DNA of 61,697 bases, counting the filler, from Stramenopiles sp. TOSAG23-2 (lineage: Eukaryota): assembly GCA_900128395.1 (NCBI GenBank). It is 17 parts of 17 records of this genome, joined end to end, with 100 filler letters (N's around TTAATTAATTAA, not from the genome) between each part and the next. Parts side by side here need not be neighbours in the genome. Positions count along the whole stretch, not along the records: positions 22,287 to 48,098 come from LT649447.1; positions 48,199 to 60,219 come from LT649484.1; 15 more parts are not named here. One strand, given 5' to 3'. The translations under genes and the position numbers were made by a program. Shown one piece after another: positions 46,106 through 56,221 of this stretch (position 1 is the first letter of the stretch; the number at the start of each line of letters is the position of its first letter). The notes beneath the pieces are model-generated. The model was not told where the DNA came from. It made no database searches and saw nothing but the letters and a program-made list of their open reading frames with translations.

Positions 46106-47148
46106 GGTGTAATATATATTATAGTTCTATATTCTTGATTGTTCGTCTATGTATCAATCTTTCTCTGATTCTATGGCAATACATTTGTGCACTTTTCTCT
46201 TTCCTGGCTTTGTCAATATATATATATATGTCTATGTATCAATCTTTCTCTGATTCTATGGCAATACATTTGTGCACTTTTCTCTTTCCTGGCTTTGTCA
46301 ATATATATATATATTATAATTATTGCTTTTTCCATTATTTTTTTCCTAACGGCTTGTCTTCTTCTTTCGTCATCATCGTCTCGCAAAAATTATCAAGACT
46401 CCAAATTACATTAACACAGCAGGTGTTATAATATTACCTCCTCTCCGACCTGGGCACCTGGTATAATAATTGGATAACAATACAAAATGGAAACCTCCAA
46501 ATGTGTGATTATTATGATGAATCTAAATCCAGAAGAAAAATCAGAAAAAATCAAAAAAAAAATTTGATAGGCATAATTTTAATAGTCTGATTATTATAGT
46601 TGTTTTAATATGGTGAAAGTGACACATGGTGCCATGCCCCAGGCAGAGTTTGGTATTATGTGTACACCTAGCAAGGACACACGCCGTAGGCGTGTGTACA
46701 GTCAAATTAAGGAAGAAAAAGAAGAAAAGGAAAAAGAAGGGGAAAAAGAAGAGATTGTTAATGGTATATATATACTAATTGAATGGAGATTTGTGAACTG
46801 GAGTATGCTAATTTACAATATTCCTTTAATTTTTATATGTTTTTCTACCTGCTATTCCATTATAAATTTATTTACATCGTCAATTTTTAAATTTTGATTA
46901 AAAATTTCCGAAACACAGCATAAGTGTCAATCATCGTTAAAAATTGTAAAAATTCAAAATATAGGATCCAAAAAATGAGATTTAAATTGAATAATTTTAA
47001 TCCTATTGTTATTAGTTATAATTTTTATTTTTCGTTGTTTTATTTATTATTTCCCATTGTTATTAGTTATAATTTATACTATACCATGAAAAAATTATGA
47101 TATGATACACCAACTTATATACATATACATATATATGCAAACAAAATC

Positions 47149-47943
47149 ATGAATCGTTTTATAATGAAAAACGCACCACCACTAACTAAAAAGAGTGCAC
47201 AAACAAATACAAGAACCACTGCAAAGAATGGCGCTGCAAAAAATCGTGCAACACAGTTAGAAAGAACAACTTTACATGAGGATATCTTAAGCCACATTAA
47301 ACGCAATTTACCGAAGCCACAAGCAGATGGAAGACTAAAAATGCATAGTAAGGAAGAAAGGGCCTTGCAGTTTTTACCTGGAGATAGAAAACGGTCACGA
47401 ACAAAGATGAATAAATTACTAAAAGACAATTACGATGAAAATAATTTAATAGATGATTTTCCATCCCTACCATATATTAATATACCACGCATTAAATATG
47501 CGCAACTATATGTTGATAATGTTCTTATCTTTCCTGATGAAGACGTACAAAAAATATTTTTGGAATTAAACGACGTCATTGTTTTGATTCCTGAAATAAG
47601 CGCAAGGACGTATATGTTAACCCAGGATCGATACAAAAAGTCCAACGGTGTTTTAGTTTGTTGCCCAAAATGCAATACAAATAGTAATGTGAAACCTGTT
47701 GGATTTGCAAGACATACATTTCGAGTTTATGATATCAATGCAGTCTACAATGCTATAACGTATGAATATAAATGCCAGAGATGCAAAAAAGTAAATGATT
47801 CTACAAGTGGAAGTAGCGGAAGTAATATGCTTGGTGGTAGTATATATACTACATCAAAGTTTACGTCCATAACAATAGTCGAAAACTATGTTATATCGAA
47901 GCTTTGTGTGAGTACAAAATTAATAAAAAAAAATAAGATGTAA
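47149..47943 (+). CDS. Cys-cluster protein fragment (DUF6729-like), possibly a DNA-transposon remnant
   Basis: CPKC...GF....RVYD....Y...T..YKCQRC spacing; the ORF decays into low-complexity sequence. Confidence 0.4.
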   Translation: MNRFIMKNAPPLTKKSAQTNTRTTAKNGAAKNRATQLERTTLHEDILSHIKRNLPKPQADGRLKMHSKEERALQFLPGDRKRSRTKMNKLLKDNYDENNLIDDFPSLPYINIPRIKYAQLYVDNVLIFPDEDVQKIFLELNDVIVLIPEISARTYMLTQDRYKKSNGVLVCCPKCNTNSNVKPVGFARHTFRVYDINAVYNAITYEYKCQRCKKVNDSTSGSSGSNMLGGSIYTTSKFTSITIVENYVISKLCVSTKLIKKNKM

Positions 47944-48409
47944 AAAATGTATATATTTTAATTATTTTTGCTCCACTACATCCTATTTTTCAAATACAAA
48001 AATAATACCAAACTTCAAAGTAAGAATTTCCGAAAATATAAAGAAAAAAAAATTCCAAATATTTCCTCTAATTTGATAGCATAAAAATGTTCTTGTTANN
48101 NNNNNNNNNNNNNNNNNNNNNNNNNNNNNNNNNNNNNNNNNNTTAATTAATTAANNNNNNNNNNNNNNNNNNNNNNNNNNNNNNNNNNNNNNNNNNNNGG
48201 ATGTGCATAACTTTTATTATTACTGTAATAGATATTGCATGTATTAGAATATACAGTAGAAATAATAATAATAAAAGCGATATAACTCGATCAGCAAAAC
48301 CTTGATATTTTCCCAATGCTAATCGCTACTTACTTACTAATAGGAGATATCATCAATTAAGTATACATCTTTCTTTACATAACAACTTGTACCATCAATT
48401 ATTTTTAAG

Positions 48410-49331
48410 CAAATAGTTTGTAACAGTTAGAAATCCAAAGGCAGCGTCATGTAATCGAAACATTGAAAGAGTCTAAAGCCATTACGAACCAAACCATTTT
48501 AGAAATGCGAGAAGCAAATGAGAAATTGTCGACGGAAAACAATGGTTTGCGAGATATCATTGATGGTAAACACGATGAATTAAAAAGCTATGCTCATACA
48601 CACGGCGATTTGAAAGCAAGACTTGAAGGATATGAGGTACTTATTCAGAAACAAGAAGAGGATATAACATCATTGCAAAGCGAATTGTCAGTACATGTGG
48701 AACGCATAAAACACCTTGAAGACAAAAATGTAGAAACGAAAGGTCATTTGGATAGAAAACACGAGGAAAATCAACACGTTATCGAAGAGTTGAATGAAAG
48801 TAACACACATTTTGTAACATTAAAAGAAAGATGTGAGCGTTTAACAGCATCTTTGCAACAAGCTTTGACAGACAAAAAAACGTTAGAAAAAGAGATTGGA
48901 CATCTCATGGTAAAGAGAAACAAAAGTTAAACCACAAAATTGAAACGATGGGAGGGATTTTGAAGAGCCAACAGAACGAGAAAGAACAAGCTGTTACAGA
49001 GAAAGAAGCATTGGAAAGTTCGATTAGACGTGATAGCATTATGCATAAGAAAATTTTAGATGATTTAAGATTATCTACAAATAACAATATGGGAGGGAGT
49101 AGGAATAAAAGAAGTACTTACCGTCCTTTGTCTTACGATGATATGAGGACGACGGAAGAAAGTGAAAAATTTTCACTTTCCACTTCTGCAATAAGTAAAG
49201 CTTTGGAAGATGTAGATCATGGTTTATTAACATTTGTTAGTGAGGAAGAGGCTGCTGAGGAGGAATTAAGAAGGATTCATGGATTATTGGGAGTTGATCC
49301 GAATGTAAATTCACCTTTTCGAACGTATTGA
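48410..49331 (+). CDS. Coiled-coil protein, last exon, with apparent 1-nt frameshift near 48907
   Basis: Two consecutive heptad-rich ORFs. The second frame is open across the junction (GKEKQKLNHKIETMGG). Acceptor-like TTTTTAAG at about 48409. Confidence 0.55.
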
Positions 49332-49735
49332 AAAAATGTGTTTTCTTTACTTCAAATAAAAATTAAATTTTTTATAAAAATTTTAATTTTTAATTATAAT
49401 GTACATAAATATACATTTCAAATGATCTACGAATCGTATAACTTTCGTATTTTTTAAGATAAATCCCTTGAGAAAAAAAATAAAAAAAATAATACGCTTC
49501 ATATATATATATGTACGAAGCGTACGAAGTTCGTACATATTATTAATATACGAAGTATATAAAATATTATATTTTTGATGATTAAAATTATATACGACTC
49601 GTATTATATTTATGATATATATATAAAAAAAAACAAAAATTTTTGCTTCAAGATATACTTACACACATATGTATAGTTTGTGTTTGCAGTAAAAAAAAAT
49701 GCACCAAATCACCCACCCATCACAAACACACAAAA

Positions 49736-51595
49736 TTACATCTTACTCTTAATCACCTTATTGCCTTGATAAATTTTACTTATAATTTTCCAAGTGCCAT
49801 CTTCCCCTTTTAATAAATGGAAATGATCAGTGAAATGTGTATCCCCATTAAAATATTCTTCCGTTAATGATCCAATTGCTGCATTTCCAGTGATGTGAAT
49901 ACTATCATTTAAAACAATCCCTTTATAATTTGATGGATGTTTCATATTTGGAACCATTTTAAAAAATACTTCTGGTGTACCAATATAAACTCTGCTATCA
50001 CTAAAACCATTCATTTTACTATCATCTCGAAATATTTTACGTATACGAGACTCATCATTTGCAGCAGTAGCATCAATATATTCTTGCAATACTGCTTTTA
50101 CATTATTATGCTCCGTTGTTGAACCATTTAATAATATATTCAGTGGTACAGGATCACCCATTTTTCCATTGAAACATTTTGACACAATTTTAAATTTACC
50201 ATTTTCACGTAATAAATGAAAATAATCAACAAAACTAATGCTTCCACTATAACCATTTTCGACAATATAACCTGATGCAACATTACCATTAACATGTATG
50301 TCATCGCTTACCATACCTTCATACGTAGGGGAATGTTTTGCCTTTTCAATCGAAGTGAAAAAAGGTTCAGGCGTTCCAAGCATACAATGTGAGCCAATAT
50401 AACCATTCATTATAGCAGCAGAGCTATGAAAAACATTACGTAATCGTTGCTCACTTTTAGCTACTGTACCATCAATGTACTCTTGTAATACAGCTTTCAC
50501 TTGATCTTTATCTGATTGTGTACCAGAACCATACGTTGCAATTGTTGCAGCTGTTAAATTTGTACTAACATCATCAACTTTGGTTGCTTTAGCAAAATTC
50601 TTTTTACTATCATTTTTACCTCTTTCAATATTATCATGTCCTGAGGGTCCCATGACTCCACCCTCTACATTTGTTGCTACTTTTGCCCCACGCAAAGTGG
50701 CTTGTGAAGTTAATTCCTCCGGCGCAAATAAAACAATACAACGAACTTCCATACTTTCTCTTGTAGGGTCATGTTTTGCATTTGGATTATCGAATCCAGT
50801 ATGCAGACTACCACGAGATCTGGTAGGATCACTATCATAAATTTTTAATATTATTGCTTCATCTTTAGTCATATCAGAAAACCAATAATATTGATGGTTA
50901 TTGCTTCTTCTTACTGTATATGTTTCTCCAGTACGATGTGGATATACTAAATCTTGTACACACATATCTTTGTTATAATCTAATGACTCATATGAACAAC
51001 AAGCTAAAGGCCAAGAATTTCCTCCATCCCATCTTCTCCACACATTCATTAAAGCAAAACGATAATTATTTAATAATAAATCATGTATTTTATCTTCTCC
51101 AAGAAGTTCTCTTGTTCGTCTAGGCCCAGATAATAGAGTATGATCGTTGTGTGGACGGTTAAAAGCGTACCCAGCAGCTTTTTTTTCTTTTGCTAAATCC
51201 AAGTTACGCACAACATAGTCAAAAGGTAACACTTTTGTTGCACCTGTTGCTTTTTTAAGAAAATTTGCACATTCTTGTAAATATATGCTTTCCACTCTTG
51301 CTTTTCGATAGAAATCATCACGTTGCATTTTTGTTGGGGAAGGCAAAATTGTAAAACCTTGTGTATCCAAATCAACTAAATTTTGTATCGGTCTAGCATC
51401 ATAGACAGGACGTTCGAACGGTGTGAAATACGAAAAAGTATGCCTGGATTTGTTCCGCTTTTCAACTTCTTTATCAGTCGAACGTAAATCTCCATAACAA
51501 GGCCTAGCATCACCATGTTCTTGTGAGAAACGCTCGATATCGAAATAATTAAATTTGACTTTTACTGAATTTAATGATTTTTGTTGCAATGCCAT
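49736..51595 (-). CDS. CmcJ/NvfI (AsaB-like) oxidoreductase fused to two lumazine-binding/NTF2-like domains
   Basis: TGATKV..FDYVVR, HND.T, NVWR, WPLA.C, RTGETY, YYWFSDMT.DE...LKIYDS, HTGF..P, RESMEVR; then two repeats of VKAVLQEYID...F...MNG...F.D.FHLL...G..KI.SK. Confidence 0.82.
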   Translation of the reverse strand: MALQQKSLNSVKVKFNYFDIERFSQEHGDARPCYGDLRSTDKEVEKRNKSRHTFSYFTPFERPVYDARPIQNLVDLDTQGFTILPSPTKMQRDDFYRKARVESIYLQECANFLKKATGATKVLPFDYVVRNLDLAKEKKAAGYAFNRPHNDHTLLSGPRRTRELLGEDKIHDLLLNNYRFALMNVWRRWDGGNSWPLACCSYESLDYNKDMCVQDLVYPHRTGETYTVRRSNNHQYYWFSDMTKDEAIILKIYDSDPTRSRGSLHTGFDNPNAKHDPTRESMEVRCIVLFAPEELTSQATLRGAKVATNVEGGVMGPSGHDNIERGKNDSKKNFAKATKVDDVSTNLTAATIATYGSGTQSDKDQVKAVLQEYIDGTVAKSEQRLRNVFHSSAAIMNGYIGSHCMLGTPEPFFTSIEKAKHSPTYEGMVSDDIHVNGNVASGYIVENGYSGSISFVDYFHLLRENGKFKIVSKCFNGKMGDPVPLNILLNGSTTEHNNVKAVLQEYIDATAANDESRIRKIFRDDSKMNGFSDSRVYIGTPEVFFKMVPNMKHPSNYKGIVLNDSIHITGNAAIGSLTEEYFNGDTHFTDHFHLLKGEDGTWKIISKIYQGNKVIKSKM

Positions 51596-52153
51596 ATTTC
51601 TGTTATTTACTTTTTCTCCTTTACAACTATATATATTATATATGTTTTATATATGTATTATATATGTATTATATATATACTATATACAATATCTATTAAT
51701 ACAAACGAATATATATGTATTTTATATGTTGAATGAGAGCTGGGCTGTGTGGGAGAGAGGTGCAACAGAAGAAAAGAAGAGGGTGAGACGCAGACCGCAG
51801 ACCAGGCGGCAGACCTTGCGCTTGCCAGAGTAGGCTGGGTAGGCTGGGTAGGCCTGATGCAGCATCACAGAGACGCTCATTTCATTTTTTCTTTTAAGGG
51901 AATTCCAGAATTCTGGATGCTCTATTGATCGGATCGGCGGACAAAAAAAATTTGAAATTTAAAAAATGATGATGATGATGAACATGATGAATAACAACAA
52001 AAATATATAAAAAATATATATAATAATACTTCCATTACCATTTCTATCTTTAATTTTGTAAAAAGAATAGAAGAAAATTAACATAGATAGATAACAAATT
52101 ACTACAAAACCTTTTTTTTTTTTATTCCCAACACAATCGCATATAATATAATA

Positions 52154-55100
52154 ATGAAAAACAATAATAGTCGTCATGAAAACAATAAAAGTCCATGGGA
52201 TACGGCAAGTATTTTGTCCAAAGCATTTTTTTCTTTCGCAAATCCAATGATGATAAAAGGCTTTAAAGACCCATTAAATCAAATTGATTTAGATGAATTA
52301 CCAAATAACGAAACAGCTGATGTTGTCATTGAAAAATTAAGAATTAATTGGAGAAAAGAATGCGCTTCTAGTCGTAATAGTAAGAAGAAACCTTCATTGC
52401 GAAACGCTATTTATAGTACATTTCGTCGAGATATATTGCTGAGTGGATGGTGGGCATTGATGGAATCAGTTTGTCGAATATGCCAACCTTTATTATTAGG
52501 ATATCTATTGACATGGTTAACAACAACAAATTCCAGTACTACTGGTGATGCGAATATGTATGACAATAATAATAATAATAATTCAATGCAAGAAGGTTTA
52601 CTGTGGGGTTTAGCATTATCTTCAGTTGGCTTTATACAAATTGTTGTACATCATCGTTTATATTATTTAACAATGTTTTGCGGTGCAAAAATTCGTATTG
52701 CTTGCAGTGGCTTGATTAACAGAAAATTATTGAAGCTACACTCCTCCTCACTATTAAATGCATCTAGTGGCAAATTGATTAATTTAATAAGTAATGATGT
52801 TATGCGTTTTGACATGTTTTTGCCTAGATTGCATTTCGGTTGGACTGCACCTTTAGAAATCCCAATCATTGCATTTTTATTATACATAAGAGTTGGATTT
52901 GTTGCAACGATTTCAGGAATAGCATTTTTGTTCTTAACTGTACCATTACAAATGTATTTTAGCAGAAAGTTAGGCCAACGTCGAAAAATTACTGCTGGGT
53001 GGACAGATAAACGAATGAAAACAACTGCTGAAATATTTTCTGGCATATTATCAATCAAAGCATTTGTATGGGAAGAGCCATTTTCTAAATTAATTGATAT
53101 ATATAGACGAAAAGAACGAACGTCTATTTTTCATGCAATGACTATGAAAAGTTTGAATACTGCGATATCGTTTTTTGCCCCAAATGTTACCATATTGATA
53201 ATCATTTGCACATATTGGTCGCTTGGTAACAAGTTGACAATTGCACTTGTTTTTTCCACTTTGGCATTGATACATGTGTTGAGATTAACTATTGGAAAGA
53301 ATTTATGTTTTTTCTTGGAACAGGTAGGTGAAGCAATCACTTCCGTGCAACGTATAGAACATTTTCTTTTAATGGATGAATACATTGACATAAATGATCA
53401 TAATAAAAAAGGAAAGATGGAAAAAGATCAAAAAGAAACACTTGTAGAAGAGACAACGCTAACATTAACAAATGCTAGTTTCAAATGGAATAAAACAGAT
53501 GATAAAAATGCTCTGGAAGATATATCATTTAAGTTATGCGAGAACGATTTATGTGTAATAGATGGAGCTACTGGATCTGGAAAAAGCGCATTGTTACAAG
53601 CAATACTAGGAGAATTAACAATAAATAAATCGAGTGCAATGTCACATATACATAACATAGCATATTCCTCTCAAAAAGCATGGATATTTTCTGGTACGAT
53701 CAAATCAAATATATTATGGGGTGCATCATCTGATGGAATCATAATAGAAAATGTTGAGTCCTCAGATGAAAATAATAGCATCAATAATAATTCTTCTCCT
53801 TTTGATGAGGTGTGGTATAAAAAAGTTATACACGCGTGTTGCTTAGAAAAAGATTTAGAACAATTACCAGATAAAGATGCGACTGAGATTGGGGAAAAGG
53901 GAGTGAATTTATCCGGCGGGCAAAGAGCGCGTATTGGACTAGCTCGGGCAGTCTATGCAAAAAAAAAATTAATTCTTCTGGATGATGTGTTAGCAGCATG
54001 TGATTCAAAAGTAGCACGTCGTATATTTCGTAATTGTATTTTAAAACTATTGAAGGATCAGTGCGTTATACTTGTAACTCACAGTAAAGAATACCAAGAA
54101 TTTGCTACTAAATGTTTAACATTAAATGAAGGTAAATTGATCAACTTCAAAAAAAATGATAATATATTAAATGCAAAAAATGGAAAAGAAAAAGACGAAA
54201 TTGTTCAGCTAAATTCCATTCTGGTTAATGATGTAACCAACAATGGCAAAAAAATAGCTCATGTTTTAGTTCCAGAAGAAGAACGTGTGAAAGGCAAAAT
54301 TGAAACTGGTACTTTTTACAAGTATTTACATGCAGCTGGAGATGGACTTGTCCTAAGTGTTGGTTTTTTATTAATAACCACACAAATTTTATCTTTTGGT
54401 GCTGAATTTACATTGAAAACTTGGACAGAATCTAAGAATCCAAATAATGATCGGGATTATTTAAACATTTTCATTATTTTCACAGCTTTTGTAGTTGTGT
54501 TGTCATTTTTAAGAGCTGTATTGTTTTTCCATGCAGCATTGCAAGCATCCACTTCCATACATAATCGTGCTTTTACAAGTGTAGTCCTTTCGCCATTGAC
54601 ATTTTTTGTGCAGAATCCATTGGGGCGTATTTTAAATAAATTTAGCAGTGATTTAGGACAAGCAGATGAAACATTGCCTACAACATTATATAGATGCCTG
54701 GAATCTTTGATATTGTGTTTTGGATCTCTTGTAATATGTTGCATAGCAGTTCCATGGATTTTAATCATTGTACTTCCATTATTTTATTTTTTAATTCGAT
54801 TAAGAACATATTTTGTATGTACTGGTCGGGAATTAAAACGATTGGAATCATTGAGTAAATCGCCTTTATTTGTTGCATTTGCAGATTCATTGCATGGTTT
54901 AGTCAGTATACGTTCATTCAATAAAGTCAATGAAGTGACGTTGAAATTTGAAAATAATTTAAATGAAAATTTAAAAGCATGGTATTCATGGCTACTTGCT
55001 AATAGATGGGTTGGCACGAGGCTAGACATAACTTCCTGGGTCATTTTGCTATTAGTTACTTTCGGTGGTGTATTGATGTCATCTGCAAATGCCATTGATC

Positions 55101-56017
55101 CTGGTATGCTTGGATTTGCTATTACATATGCCATACAATTAAGTGGTGTCTTTCAATATATGATACGCTTATCAGCACAAGTTGAGACGCAAATGACCGG
55201 GGTGGAACGAGTGATGCATTATGCTGACAATCTAATAGTAGAAGAAACGGAAGAACAAGTCTCTAAAGCTGTATTGGATGATGATAAGACATGGCCATTG
55301 AAGGGTGGTATTCATTTTAAGAATGTCAGTGTAAGATATAGAAAAGATTTACCTGCAGTTTTAACACAAATAAATTTTAATGTCAAAGGCTCGCAAAAAG
55401 TAGGAATTGTAGGCAGAACTGGAAGTGGCAAGACTAGTTTAATTAATGCACTGTTACGTTTAAATGAAGTATTTGAAGGAAATATTTACATAGACGATGT
55501 TGATTCTAGTGAAATCTCATTAAAATTATTACGAAGGAATATTGGATTTGTACCACAAGAGCCAAATTTATTTGCAGGCACATTGCGCTTTAATATTGAT
55601 CCATTCAATAAGGCAACTGACGAAGAAATATGGAATACATTAGAAAAATGTAATTTAAAAAAAGCGGTTGACTCACTTGACATGCCAATCCAAGAAAGTG
55701 GTGGAAACCTTAGTGTTGGGCAGCGACAATGTCTTTCATTAGCACGAGCTTTATTACACAATGCTAAAATTTACATAATGGATGAAGCTACAGCAAATAT
55801 CGACAATGAAACTGATTTGTTGATTCAACAGATGGTCAAAACAAACTTTGCTGATAAGACTATATTGACAATCGCACACCGTTTAGATACGATCATGGAT
55901 TCTGATGTTATACTTGTATTAGATCAAGGGAAAGTCATTGAACATGGATCACCAACAGAGTTACAAAGTCGAGAGGGCAGTACATTTAAAAGCATGTTGC
56001 GACAGCATGATGAGTAA
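52154..56017 (+). CDS. ABC transporter subfamily C (MRP4-like), full length
   Basis: TMD-NBD-TMD-NBD layout; GATGSGKS, IGEKGVNLSGGQRAR, GRTGSGKT, NLSVGQRQ, DEATA, TIAHRL. Confidence 0.96.
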   Translation: MKNNNSRHENNKSPWDTASILSKAFFSFANPMMIKGFKDPLNQIDLDELPNNETADVVIEKLRINWRKECASSRNSKKKPSLRNAIYSTFRRDILLSGWWALMESVCRICQPLLLGYLLTWLTTTNSSTTGDANMYDNNNNNNSMQEGLLWGLALSSVGFIQIVVHHRLYYLTMFCGAKIRIACSGLINRKLLKLHSSSLLNASSGKLINLISNDVMRFDMFLPRLHFGWTAPLEIPIIAFLLYIRVGFVATISGIAFLFLTVPLQMYFSRKLGQRRKITAGWTDKRMKTTAEIFSGILSIKAFVWEEPFSKLIDIYRRKERTSIFHAMTMKSLNTAISFFAPNVTILIIICTYWSLGNKLTIALVFSTLALIHVLRLTIGKNLCFFLEQVGEAITSVQRIEHFLLMDEYIDINDHNKKGKMEKDQKETLVEETTLTLTNASFKWNKTDDKNALEDISFKLCENDLCVIDGATGSGKSALLQAILGELTINKSSAMSHIHNIAYSSQKAWIFSGTIKSNILWGASSDGIIIENVESSDENNSINNNSSPFDEVWYKKVIHACCLEKDLEQLPDKDATEIGEKGVNLSGGQRARIGLARAVYAKKKLILLDDVLAACDSKVARRIFRNCILKLLKDQCVILVTHSKEYQEFATKCLTLNEGKLINFKKNDNILNAKNGKEKDEIVQLNSILVNDVTNNGKKIAHVLVPEEERVKGKIETGTFYKYLHAAGDGLVLSVGFLLITTQILSFGAEFTLKTWTESKNPNNDRDYLNIFIIFTAFVVVLSFLRAVLFFHAALQASTSIHNRAFTSVVLSPLTFFVQNPLGRILNKFSSDLGQADETLPTTLYRCLESLILCFGSLVICCIAVPWILIIVLPLFYFLIRLRTYFVCTGRELKRLESLSKSPLFVAFADSLHGLVSIRSFNKVNEVTLKFENNLNENLKAWYSWLLANRWVGTRLDITSWVILLLVTFGGVLMSSANAIDPGMLGFAITYAIQLSGVFQYMIRLSAQVETQMTGVERVMHYADNLIVEETEEQVSKAVLDDDKTWPLKGGIHFKNVSVRYRKDLPAVLTQINFNVKGSQKVGIVGRTGSGKTSLINALLRLNEVFEGNIYIDDVDSSEISLKLLRRNIGFVPQEPNLFAGTLRFNIDPFNKATDEEIWNTLEKCNLKKAVDSLDMPIQESGGNLSVGQRQCLSLARALLHNAKIYIMDEATANIDNETDLLIQQMVKTNFADKTILTIAHRLDTIMDSDVILVLDQGKVIEHGSPTELQSREGSTFKSMLRQHDE

Positions 56018-56221
56018 AAAATTAATCGTACGTTGTTTTAAAATAAATGTATGTTTTTGTATTTCGTCCTCCTAGAGCCGCCAGCTAGCACACAACCAGT
56101 GTAAAACCTATGGGCGTGGTTTGGGGAAGAAAAAAAGTGGAACATATAGTCCACACTTCGCTTCGGTTCCACCAACCATCTGGTATACATTATGTAATTT
56201 TATACGATTCGTAAATATATT

